From: a virus
Length of the DNA: 44,755 nt
Virus record (IMG/VR): IMGVR_UViG_3300020215_000077
Span: 1-44,755 of that record
Reading direction: 5' to 3' (one strand)
The translations under genes and the position numbers were made by a program. Positions 1-7,853 of the stretch are shown piece by piece. Every line of letters begins with the position of its first letter. Within the stretch, counting starts at the first letter, position 1. The notes beneath the pieces were generated by a model that saw only the letters and a program-made list of their open reading frames with translations, was not told where the DNA came from and did no database searches.

Positions 1-118
1 CACCGCCCTGGCCTTTGCCATCGACGGCACCAACACCGCCTGGAACCTGGGTTACCGGACCTTCTCGGTCGAGAACTTCTGGATCCCGAACAGCGCCACG
101 GCGGCGTCCGTCTGCGGG
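1..118. repeat. Terminal direct repeat, left copy (identical to 44638..44755); circular-assembly overlap or terminal redundancy
   Basis: Bases 1-118 (caccgccctggcctttgcc...gtccgtctgcggg) recur exactly at 44638-44755. The offset 44637 is divisible by 3, so the tail-gene frame is preserved across the junction. Confidence 0.95.
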
Positions 119-394
119 GCGATCTTCAGTGAAGTCTCGGCTCTCAAGAACGAAATCAACTTCTCAACCTCGCTCATCACCCACCTCAATCTCTTGGATC
201 GCGTCGAAATCACCTACGATGCTACGGACTTCTCAACCCGCAACGAATACTGGGATATCGGCGACTGGGACGAGATGAAGTGGGATGGTAGCCGGGGCGA
301 TGCCATCGTCTTGCAAGCTGAGGCGTTTAAGGTATTATCCATTAATATAAACTTGGATAATCTGGAGACGCGCTTTGTCTGCAGGCAGCTCTGA
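2..394 (+). CDS. Tail hub/Tal-like protein, C-terminal part (continuation of 43646..44755 across the circular junction; about 462 aa in total)
   Basis: Hand translation from nt 2 is open in the same frame as the ORF running off the window end, with stop TGA at 392-394. The gene follows the tape measure and Dit-like genes. Confidence 0.8.
   Translation, partial: TALAFAIDGTNTAWNLGYRTFSVENFWIPNSATAASVCGAIFSEVSALKNEINFSTSLITHLNLLDRVEITYDATDFSTRNEYWDIGDWDEMKWDGSRGDAIVLQAEAFKVLSININLDNLETRFVCRQL
311..338 (+). promoter_or_regulatory. Candidate sigma70-type promoter TTGCAA-N16-TATTAT inside the 3' end of the tail gene, upstream of the sugar operon
   Basis: TTGCAA at 311-316 and TATTAT at 333-338, 16-nt spacer. 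It lies in a local AT-rich patch (ggtattatccattaatataaac) that is unusual for this GC-rich genome, and the first sugar-operon gene starts at 375. Confidence 0.4.
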
Positions 395-1334
395 GGAGGC
401 CTACCGGGCCTACCGCGAGCGCTACCTCTCGGCGCCCAGGCTTTCTCTGAAAGCCCCGGTGGACGTGTCGCTGGAGCTTTCTAGCTTCTGCAACATGGCC
501 TGCAGCTACTGCTACCACGCCGACAAGAAGGCGCTGCCGTTCAAGCAGCAGTTCATGCTGCCCGAGACGGTGAAATCGATCCTCCGCCAGGCCGCAGACG
601 CCGGGGTTAACTCGGTGAAATTCAACTGGCGAGGGGAATCGACCATGAATCCCTTCTTCGCAGCTGCCACGGCCACCGCGCGGGGCCTGGCTTCCGGCTC
701 GACCTTCATCGACCGGCTTACCAACTCCAATTTCAAGTTCGATACCGCCAGGGATGACATCTTCGAAGGTCTTTGCAACCAGACGAAGGTGAAGGTCTCC
801 TACGACTCCTTCCGCCCCGAGGTCTTCGAGCGCCAGCGGCGTCTCGGGGACCACGCCCTCACGATGGCCAACATCGACCGCTTCTACAACTGGCCTGGGC
901 GCAAGACGGTCCTCGTCATCCAGGCGGTCAGGACCGCGCTCAACGCCGACGAGGACATCGAGGGCGAGGTCCGCCGCCGCTGGCCAGACGCCCTGGTCTC
1001 GATCCGGGACATGGTGGAAGGCCGGGTGGACCGCGATCTCACCGGGATCAGGCACAAGGCCCGCGACTACTCCGAGCGCCAGTCCTGCATCCAGGCCCAC
1101 GCCCGCCTCATCTTCGATTGGGACGGCGCGGCCGTCCCCTGCTGCCCGGACATCAAGCAGGAGCTTCGGCTCGGCAACATCCGCGAGAAGACCCTCATCG
1201 AGATCTGGGAGAGCCGGGAGGCCACGCGCCTTCGGGCCGACCTCCTCTCAGGCAAGGCGTTCGAGAACTCGCCGTGCAAGAACTGCTCGAGCTTCGAGAC
1301 CTTCAAGGGCTACCAGGCGTCATTCGATTCATGA
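375..1334 (+). CDS. Radical SAM enzyme with C-terminal SPASM/twitch-like Cys-rich domain
   Basis: CX3CX2C motif (SSFCNMACSYCY). The C-terminal cysteine cluster is CIQA...VPCCPD...SPCKNCSSF. TTG start is preceded by GGAGA with a 6-nt spacer. Confidence 0.85.
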   Translation: MSAGSSEEAYRAYRERYLSAPRLSLKAPVDVSLELSSFCNMACSYCYHADKKALPFKQQFMLPETVKSILRQAADAGVNSVKFNWRGESTMNPFFAAATATARGLASGSTFIDRLTNSNFKFDTARDDIFEGLCNQTKVKVSYDSFRPEVFERQRRLGDHALTMANIDRFYNWPGRKTVLVIQAVRTALNADEDIEGEVRRRWPDALVSIRDMVEGRVDRDLTGIRHKARDYSERQSCIQAHARLIFDWDGAAVPCCPDIKQELRLGNIREKTLIEIWESREATRLRADLLSGKAFENSPCKNCSSFETFKGYQASFDS

Positions 1335-2689
1335 CAGGTCGCGTGGGCATCGTGGTCTGCTCGCGCACGGACTCGGCAAGGCTTCCGCAGAAGCCTTTCC
1401 AGAAGGTCCGTGGCAAGTACCTATTGGCTCACCTGCTCGACCGCCTGATCGCCACGGGGCTCCCGGTCTACCTGGCGGTCCCTGAGCGCGAGGTCGGCCG
1501 CTACACAAGGCGGCTTGAGCCCTACCTCGCCCAGCGCCGGGTCATCATCTTCGGCGGCGACAAGAACGACCCGCTAAAGCGCACCCACGACGTGGCCCGC
1601 CACTACGACCTGGATCACGTGATCCGCGTCTGCCACGACAAGGTCTTCATCAACTACAAGCAGGTGGACCACTTCCTCCACCACTACTTCGAGCACCGCC
1701 TCGACTACCTCTACTCCACGAACTTCATCCCGGGCATGGGCTTCGAGATCTTTTCGCGCGAGGTCCTGACCAAGGCGCATGAGACCTTCAAGGGGGTCGA
1801 GCACCTCTCCTATGCGGTGGAGTCGGCGGCCGCCAGGGTCCAGAACCTGACCCACTTCCCCTACAACCGCTCCTGGCTCTCCCGGAAGAAACCCAACGCG
1901 GGCCTGCGCCTCCTCGTGGACTTCCCCGAGGACCTAGATCAGATCGCCCGCCTCATGACGACGCTGGGCTCGGATTGCGGGATCCTCGACATCGTGGCCT
2001 CGATCCCCGACGTCCGGCAGATGAACGCCCTGCCCGAGGTGACCGTCTACACCTGCAGCTTCGAGGACGTGGAGCACCTGGACCGCTGCGTCCAATCGGT
2101 CCTTGGTCAGAGCTACTCATCCTTCGAGTACCTCCTCATCGACGACGGGTCGGTCAAAACGCCTGTCCATAAATACATGGGCAAGTACGCCAAGGACCCA
2201 AGGGTCCACGTCGTGAGGAACCAGGCCAACCGCGGGCTGGCCAGCTCGAGCAACGTCGCCGCGGCAATGGCGCGGGGGCGCTACGTGATTCGCCTCGATG
2301 CCGACGACTTCTTCGTAGACGAGAAGGTCTTGGAGCGCATGGTCCGGCACATGGAGCTTTCCCAGGCCGACATCCTCTACCCCAACAACTACCGGGACGG
2401 GCGGATCCAGGAGGGCTGCGAGCAGCACCACGTCGGCGGCACGATGTTCAAGAAGCGGACGCTGGACTACCTGCGTTTCACCGACGGGCTTCGGCACTAC
2501 GAAGGCCTAGACCTCTACCACCGCGCGATGATGGCCAAGCGCGTCATCGACTACTTCCGGGAGCCCACCTTCTACTACCGCCAGCGGGCGGGAAGCCTAA
2601 GCCGCGATCCCTCGCCGGAGCGCCAGCTGGTGGCCGCCAGGCTCTCGGCCGGGATCGTGGGCGAGGATCTCTTGAAGGAGCCAGCGTGA
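1331..2689 (+). CDS. Fusion protein: SpsF/CMP-sugar cytidylyltransferase-like N-domain plus family-2 glycosyltransferase (GT-A) C-domain
   Basis: ATG 1331 overlaps the upstream stop (ATGA). The N-terminus GIVVCSRTDSARLPQKPF..GKYLL resembles CTP_transf_3/SpsF proteins. The C-terminus has VTVYTCSFEDVEHLDRCVQSVLGQSY..LLIDDGS and RLDADD (DXD). The 773 start in the ORF track is a shadow extension. Confidence 0.8.
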   Translation: MTGRVGIVVCSRTDSARLPQKPFQKVRGKYLLAHLLDRLIATGLPVYLAVPEREVGRYTRRLEPYLAQRRVIIFGGDKNDPLKRTHDVARHYDLDHVIRVCHDKVFINYKQVDHFLHHYFEHRLDYLYSTNFIPGMGFEIFSREVLTKAHETFKGVEHLSYAVESAAARVQNLTHFPYNRSWLSRKKPNAGLRLLVDFPEDLDQIARLMTTLGSDCGILDIVASIPDVRQMNALPEVTVYTCSFEDVEHLDRCVQSVLGQSYSSFEYLLIDDGSVKTPVHKYMGKYAKDPRVHVVRNQANRGLASSSNVAAAMARGRYVIRLDADDFFVDEKVLERMVRHMELSQADILYPNNYRDGRIQEGCEQHHVGGTMFKKRTLDYLRFTDGLRHYEGLDLYHRAMMAKRVIDYFREPTFYYRQRAGSLSRDPSPERQLVAARLSAGIVGEDLLKEPA

Positions 2690-3045
2690 AGAGTGAGGCG
2701 ATCGACATCCTGAAGCTCTATGCCGAGGGGTCGGCCAAGCAGTGGAACGCCTTCCTGGCCGAGGCCTTGAGACGGCGCGACGTCGCCGGACTCACCGACG
2801 TCCTTAGGCGCCTGGCCATGGGCATGGACAACTTGGTCCAGCAAAAGCTCAACACCGACAAGATCAACGTCCTCTTCCTCAGGCTCCAGCGCTCGGTCGA
2901 GAACACGATTCGCGACATCCACCGTCTCAAGAACCCCAACCCCCTCTTCGTCATCTCGGACAAGGCCCTCCACAAGGATCACATCGAGGACAAGCGAAGG
3001 AAGCAGCAGGAGCTCGAGCGCTTCCTCCACAAGGTGAGGTACTGA
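2686..3045 (+). CDS. Hypothetical protein within the sugar operon
   Basis: 119-aa ORF with a GTGA start/stop overlap with the upstream gene. No motif recognised. Confidence 0.6.
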   Translation: MKSEAIDILKLYAEGSAKQWNAFLAEALRRRDVAGLTDVLRRLAMGMDNLVQQKLNTDKINVLFLRLQRSVENTIRDIHRLKNPNPLFVISDKALHKDHIEDKRRKQQELERFLHKVRY

Positions 3046-3047
3046 CC

Positions 3048-3776
3048 ATGCAGCTGTGTGGCGTCATCGCCGAGTGCGGGAACCACGCCCTGGGCAGCGT
3101 CGAGTCCGCCAAGGAGCAGATCCGGGTGGCGCGCGAGTGCGGCGCCACCTACGCCAAGTTCCAGGCGATCGACACGGAGGCGTTCACCGGCGGGTCGATG
3201 ACGCCGGCTTTCTACGAGCTCTGCGATCTTGGCTACGCCCGCTACTTGGAGCTCGTGGCCTACGGTGACGAGCTCGGGATCCCCGTCTTCTTCTCGGTCT
3301 TCGGCCCGAAGTACGCGGCGCTCGCGAGGATCAAGGGCAAGCCCTACAAGATCGCCGGCAGCCAGTTCGAGAAGATGCCCCTGCCGGAGCTCGCGGCCTG
3401 GAACGAGCAGACCGAGCACCCTGTGGTCGTCTCCGTGCCGCATACCGAAGAGAGCGTGATCCGCGAGCGGCGCGAGGCGCTCTCCCACATGTCGGTCATG
3501 TACGTCGTCAACTACCTGCCCGACCAAGTCACCTTCTTCAGTCTCGAGCGCCTGAGGCGCATTCTTAATCAGCCCATCGGCTACTCCTGCCACGCAGCCG
3601 GGGTCGATCACGCCATCGAGGCGATCGCCGAGCACGGGGCGCCCTTGGTGGAGAAGCACTTCAACCTCTGGGGCGACCAGACCTACGACGGCCGCATCTA
3701 CCGCGACTCCCTGCATGCCGCGAGCCCCAAGGAGCTCGAGCGGCTCTGTTCCTTTTACCACGCTCATTCGAGGTGA
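3048..3776 (+). CDS. NeuB-family nonulosonic acid (sialic/pseudaminic/legionaminic-type) synthase-like TIM-barrel protein, no SAF domain
   Basis: Motifs occur in NeuB order: VIAECGNHALGSVESAKEQIRVARECGATYAKFQ, PYKIAGSQ, IGYSCHAAG, LVEKHF and SPKELERL. SD AGGTGAGG precedes the ATG. Confidence 0.8.
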   Translation: MQLCGVIAECGNHALGSVESAKEQIRVARECGATYAKFQAIDTEAFTGGSMTPAFYELCDLGYARYLELVAYGDELGIPVFFSVFGPKYAALARIKGKPYKIAGSQFEKMPLPELAAWNEQTEHPVVVSVPHTEESVIRERREALSHMSVMYVVNYLPDQVTFFSLERLRRILNQPIGYSCHAAGVDHAIEAIAEHGAPLVEKHFNLWGDQTYDGRIYRDSLHAASPKELERLCSFYHAHSR

Positions 3777-3780
3777 CCCC

Positions 3781-5088
3781 GTGATTTGCCCGATCTGCCG
3801 CAACACCGGCGCGGACTGGAAGAACGTTGACCAGTTCCGCCTCAAGCCCGAGGGGATGGCGCTCTGCGACATCTGCGGGTTCATCTCGTATCCGAAAAAG
3901 TACCGCTCCAAGAGCGAGATCGTCGCTTACTACAAGAAGGACTACCGGGCGCCGCCCAACGCCAGCAACGTCCACACGTCGATCCGTAAGGTCCAGTACC
4001 ACGCCCACTTCCTGGCGGACGTCATCAAGGAGTGGCGCGCCGCCGGCAGGAAAGCCGTCGTCACCGACGTCGGCTCGGCGTTCGGCTACTTCCTGAACTG
4101 GATCCGCGGCGAGCTCCCGGGCTCGGAGGTCTGCGGGGTCGAACTGACGACGAGCTATGTGCGCGCGGCCTGGAACCGCTACCAGATCAAAACCACCGAC
4201 GAATTCGACGATTCCCGCCAATACGACCTCGTGGCCTCCTACAAGAGCCTAGAGCACATCCTCGATCCCGACGTCGAGCTGCGGCGCTACATCAAGGCGC
4301 TGAAGCCCGACGGCTTCCTCTACCTCTCGGTGCCGCTCTGGTTCGAGCAGATGAAGAACTTCGGGATGAACGGCTTTGACCTCGAGTACTACTACTCGCC
4401 AAACCACATCAACACCTGGACCCGAAAGCACTTCGAGGGTCTCATCCGGGTCTCGGGCGGCGAGATCGTGAAGCAGAACGACTCCTACTACGAGGCCACC
4501 TACCTCGTGAAACGAAACGATGCGCTCGTCACCGACGACCGCTCGTCGCTCTTCGAGAACCCCGAAGAGATCATCGAGAAGATGACCCGCCTGCAGCAAG
4601 CCTCAGAGGCCTACCAGGCGGGCGACTTTCGGAAGGTCCTAGAGCTCTGGCCCAACTGCCCCTCGGCCTGGTCCACCCATTACGAGATGAACCGCAAGCA
4701 GCTCCACGACCTAGGCTTTGACTACATCTACAAGGAGATCTGCGTCGGCGCGATCGACGCCACCGGCGGCGACGCAGACGCCCACTGGCTCGCGGCCGAC
4801 ATCTGCGCCCGTTACGATCGATACGATGCGGCTATACAGCACCTGAACGAGGCCAACCGCCTGCGCCCCAACATGCCGCATGTTTTCGGGGCTCTGGTGA
4901 ACTACCTCGGCGCCCTCGGCAAATTGGCGAAGGACGAGAAGGCCAAGGTAAACTTTTTCATGCAGGCCCGTCAGGCCGCGCGGATCCTGGGCGAGATCGC
5001 TCCGGAGCACAAGACCGAGGCGCTCACGCTCGAGCTCTACTACGACTCCCACGTCCCGACCCCGTGGGAGCAGCAGGCAGCAGGGTAA
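3781..5088 (+). CDS. Zn-ribbon plus class I SAM-dependent methyltransferase with a TPR-like helical C-terminal region
   Basis: CPICRN...CDICGF zinc ribbon. Motif I-like VTDVGSAFGYF, with DLVASYKSLEHI and LKPDGFLYLSVP downstream. GTG 3781 follows SD GAGGTGA, and the ORF-track start 3715 overlaps the upstream gene. Confidence 0.8.
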   Translation: MICPICRNTGADWKNVDQFRLKPEGMALCDICGFISYPKKYRSKSEIVAYYKKDYRAPPNASNVHTSIRKVQYHAHFLADVIKEWRAAGRKAVVTDVGSAFGYFLNWIRGELPGSEVCGVELTTSYVRAAWNRYQIKTTDEFDDSRQYDLVASYKSLEHILDPDVELRRYIKALKPDGFLYLSVPLWFEQMKNFGMNGFDLEYYYSPNHINTWTRKHFEGLIRVSGGEIVKQNDSYYEATYLVKRNDALVTDDRSSLFENPEEIIEKMTRLQQASEAYQAGDFRKVLELWPNCPSAWSTHYEMNRKQLHDLGFDYIYKEICVGAIDATGGDADAHWLAADICARYDRYDAAIQHLNEANRLRPNMPHVFGALVNYLGALGKLAKDEKAKVNFFMQARQAARILGEIAPEHKTEALTLELYYDSHVPTPWEQQAAG

Positions 5089-5091
5089 GCC

Positions 5092-5982
5092 ATGGCGTTT
5101 CTGACCTCCGGCGCGTTCACCACCTTCACCGCGAACACCAAGGCGAAGTCGGCCGAGGTCAACGCCAACTTCGCCGCGCTCTATAACTTCCTGAACACGA
5201 CATCGAGCGAGATCCTGGTCGGCACCGTCTGGCAACGGATCGCCCAGACGGCGGCGAGCCACACGCTGACCGCCAACGACGGCATCCGCACGCTGCTGAT
5301 CGCCGCCAACACGACCACCGGCTACACGGTGACCCTGCCAACGGCCGCCGGCTGCACCCACCGAATGATCACGATAAAGCACGTCGGCACGACGGCAGGC
5401 CTGCTCACGATCGACGGCGCGGGCTCGGAGACGATCGACGGCGAGTCGGACGTCAACATCCGGACGCAGTACGACGCCTTGACGCTTCACTGCGACGGCA
5501 CGAAATGGCACTCGCTCCGCTCGCACAGCTTCCCTTACGGCGTGCGCGTTGACGATGGCTCGGACCAATCGACGCTGAACCGCTACCTCGATAGCGGCAC
5601 CTGGACCCCGGCCATCTCGTCGGCCGGCGGCGGCACCTACAACCACACGACCCAAATCGGCTACTACGCCCGCGTCGGCAAGATGACCTTCTTCTGGGGC
5701 CAGGTCGGGTGGGACTCGTCCACGAACGGCAGCGGCGCCATCCGCGTCACGGGCTTTCCCGTGGCCGCCGCTCAGCGCGCCAAGGTGGCCTTGAACACCA
5801 GCGTTGTGAGCCATTCGGGCGCCACGGACGGCTGGTTCAACGGCGAGATCGACACCGGCAACAGCTACATGACGATCGAGAAGTGCGCCTTGAGCCTTGC
5901 CTCGGCGTCGGTCTCCATCGGCGACAACAACAGTCCGACCGCTCGCACCATCGCCTTCTCAGGGGTCTACCTGACCGCCTGA
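5092..5982 (+). CDS. Tail fibre / receptor-binding protein
   Basis: The N-terminal motif KAKSAEVNANFAALYNFL is typical of phage tail-fibre N-termini. The C-terminal half is Gly/Ser/Thr-rich, and the gene lies in the tail module. Confidence 0.7.
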   Translation: MAFLTSGAFTTFTANTKAKSAEVNANFAALYNFLNTTSSEILVGTVWQRIAQTAASHTLTANDGIRTLLIAANTTTGYTVTLPTAAGCTHRMITIKHVGTTAGLLTIDGAGSETIDGESDVNIRTQYDALTLHCDGTKWHSLRSHSFPYGVRVDDGSDQSTLNRYLDSGTWTPAISSAGGGTYNHTTQIGYYARVGKMTFFWGQVGWDSSTNGSGAIRVTGFPVAAAQRAKVALNTSVVSHSGATDGWFNGEIDTGNSYMTIEKCALSLASASVSIGDNNSPTARTIAFSGVYLTA

Positions 5983-6032
5983 TCTCCTAGCCCAAGAACC
6001 TTCGTCGAAGTCCTTAGCTCCGGAGGCCCGCC

Positions 6033-7031
6033 ATGGACGGCAGGCAAACGCAGCGAGGCCTCGCCACGACTATGAGGGTCGTGGCGGGCCTCATCCTCGT
6101 CTCGGTCGTCGCGGCCTGTGGACGGGACCGCGCACCTGAGTCGTCGAACTACCAGTTCCTACCAGCTGCCGAGGACTTGGCAAGCTTAGGCGAGAAGCCT
6201 GCCGAAATCCTCAGGCGCTTCCGCTCTCGCTTCCTCGAGGGGGGCCAGGTCGTCTCCCGGCGCGGTGACGTGCCCGAGCACCTGGGCGACGCTCTCATCT
6301 GGTCGGGCGTAGCGCTCGCGGCCCTCTCTTGCGAAGAGGGCCAGGTCGTCGAGGACGCCCTGGCCGCCATGACCAATCGCTATGGCACCTTCGTACGCTT
6401 CTCGCCGCTTCCCGCCAAGTACATGGGCAACGAGGTCTCGCCCGACGGCGTGATCGGCGTCACTTACGGGCTGGCCTCGCGCCTTAGGCGATGTCCTGAG
6501 CGACGCGCAGCGATCACCGCCATCTGGCGGCAGCACCGCGAGTTCGTCGCTGCCCACGGCGGCCAGCTATACCCGGGCGCTCAGTACGGCACGCTCGTGG
6601 ACGGTCTCAACACGCCCGGCGAGCTCTTAGCTCATCAGCTGGACTTTCGCAGCAGCGTGCATTCCGACGGTCTCACGGCGCTCGACACGGTGGTCGTCGG
6701 CTGGGCCTTCTTCACCGTGCAGAAGCGGGTCAGCTGCTACCGAATTCATATTGGCCTGCTCGCGTGGCTCGCCGCAGACGTCCTAGGCGCGCCGCCATCG
6801 GAGTCAGCAAAGGCGCGCCTGTGCCGGGTTACGGACAAATCCGGACAAGCGCTCGCAGATTTTGTGTGTGCTCGGCTATCCGGTAAAATGTTTCTCGAAG
6901 CATACCAACTCAATCAGTGGGAGTACGCGGCGCAGCGCTGCACGGCGTGGGAGTCACCCGATGGCCAGGAAGGCCTCGAGACACCTGCTCTGGACTACCT
7001 GCTGATTCATCACCTGGCCAGGAGGGCCTAG
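6033..7031 (+). CDS. Putative lipoprotein, function unknown
   Basis: Signal-peptide-like MRVVAGLILVSVVAAC with a lipobox-like VAAC. GGAGG lies 7 nt upstream of ATG 6033. Confidence 0.65.
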   Translation: MDGRQTQRGLATTMRVVAGLILVSVVAACGRDRAPESSNYQFLPAAEDLASLGEKPAEILRRFRSRFLEGGQVVSRRGDVPEHLGDALIWSGVALAALSCEEGQVVEDALAAMTNRYGTFVRFSPLPAKYMGNEVSPDGVIGVTYGLASRLRRCPERRAAITAIWRQHREFVAAHGGQLYPGAQYGTLVDGLNTPGELLAHQLDFRSSVHSDGLTALDTVVVGWAFFTVQKRVSCYRIHIGLLAWLAADVLGAPPSESAKARLCRVTDKSGQALADFVCARLSGKMFLEAYQLNQWEYAAQRCTAWESPDGQEGLETPALDYLLIHHLARRA

Positions 7032-7034
7032 TCG

Positions 7035-7307
7035 ATGGCGGTCGTGATTTCCGTTCCGGTGGCCGAGAAGACGTATGCCGTCGCCCAGGCGGGCGTCGGC
7101 TTCGTCAAGGCTCTGAGGGACACCCTGGCCGACGGCTGGCAGACGGGTAAGGACGCGCCGGCGGTGATGGCGGCGGCGATGGAGCTCCTGCCCGCGCTTC
7201 GCGGCGCTGGTGGTGTGGCCGGCGAGCTCGTGGCCGAGCCCAAGGCGTTTGCCTCGGCGCTCGTGCTGACGGGTGTCGATGTCGTGGCGCTCTTCGTCCG
7301 GAAGTAA
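7035..7307 (+). CDS. Hypothetical protein (lysis region)
   Basis: 90-aa ORF with AGGAGGG 7 nt upstream of the ATG. Confidence 0.55.
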   Translation: MAVVISVPVAEKTYAVAQAGVGFVKALRDTLADGWQTGKDAPAVMAAAMELLPALRGAGGVAGELVAEPKAFASALVLTGVDVVALFVRK

Positions 7308-7341
7308 CGCCACCCAGCCCATCAGATCGGAGGGCACGACG

Positions 7342-7569
7342 ATGTCGTGGCTGTCTATCCTGCTGCTCGTGATCCGCTACCTCCCGGCGGCGATCTCCAT
7401 CATCCGGGAGATCATCCGGCTCATCGATGGTCTGCGTAAGAGCGATGCTGTCGGTGCCGCGGCCCTGCGCGCCAAGCTCGAAGAGGCGGTGGACGAGGCG
7501 GCGCGGACCGGCAGCGTTGGCCCGCTCAGGCGGCTGCTCGCCCAGGCGCGCGAAGGCAGGCGACTCTGA
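7342..7569 (+). CDS. Small membrane protein, holin candidate
   Basis: ATG 7342 follows GGAGGG. N-terminal hydrophobic segment SWLSILLLVIRYLPAAISII, then a charged tail. Confidence 0.55.
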   Translation: MSWLSILLLVIRYLPAAISIIREIIRLIDGLRKSDAVGAAALRAKLEEAVDEAARTGSVGPLRRLLAQAREGRRL

Positions 7570-7850
7570 TGCCGCCCGACGCTCTGGCCGAGACGGTAGG
7601 CGTGCTCGCCGCAGCCCTTGCTGCAGGCGCTGCCTACCTCGTTCGCAACTCGTTTGAGCGCCTTCTCAACAAGATGGACGACGTCGAGGCGGCCGTCCGC
7701 GACGCCACCTACCGGCTGACTGCGGTCGAGACCAAGGTCGAGCCGATGAGCGAGGCCTTGGAGGACGTGAAGCGCCACGGCGAAGAGCTAGCCGCACTCC
7801 GGGTGACGGTCAGATCTCTGTCTGCCAACGGTCACGATCACGAGGGGTAG
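7569..7850 (+). CDS. N-terminal TM plus coiled-coil protein (i-spanin-like or holin-associated)
   Basis: TGATG overlap with the upstream gene. TM-like VGVLAAALAAGAAYLV is followed by a heptad-like charged region. Confidence 0.5.
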   Translation: MPPDALAETVGVLAAALAAGAAYLVRNSFERLLNKMDDVEAAVRDATYRLTAVETKVEPMSEALEDVKRHGEELAALRVTVRSLSANGHDHEG

Positions 7851-7853
7851 GGG

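Noticed and set aside
342-1100. 252-aa minus-strand ORF antisense to the radical SAM gene. Similar long antisense ORFs occur at 2979..3911, 4711..5814, 27220..28071, 31170..32225, 32706..33578, 35355..36263, 38180..39010, 39151..40257, 40701..41471 and 43658..44536.
   Set aside because: They lie opposite + strand genes that have clear family motifs. Their translations are Arg/Gly/Pro/Ala/Val-rich with no motifs, which is typical of stop-poor shadow frames in GC-rich DNA.
773-1330. N-terminal 186-aa extension of the 638-aa ORF 773..2689.
   Set aside because: The extension overlaps the radical SAM gene out of frame and is Pro/Arg/Gly junk. A clean ATGA-coupled start at 1331 begins the cytidylyltransferase-like domain.
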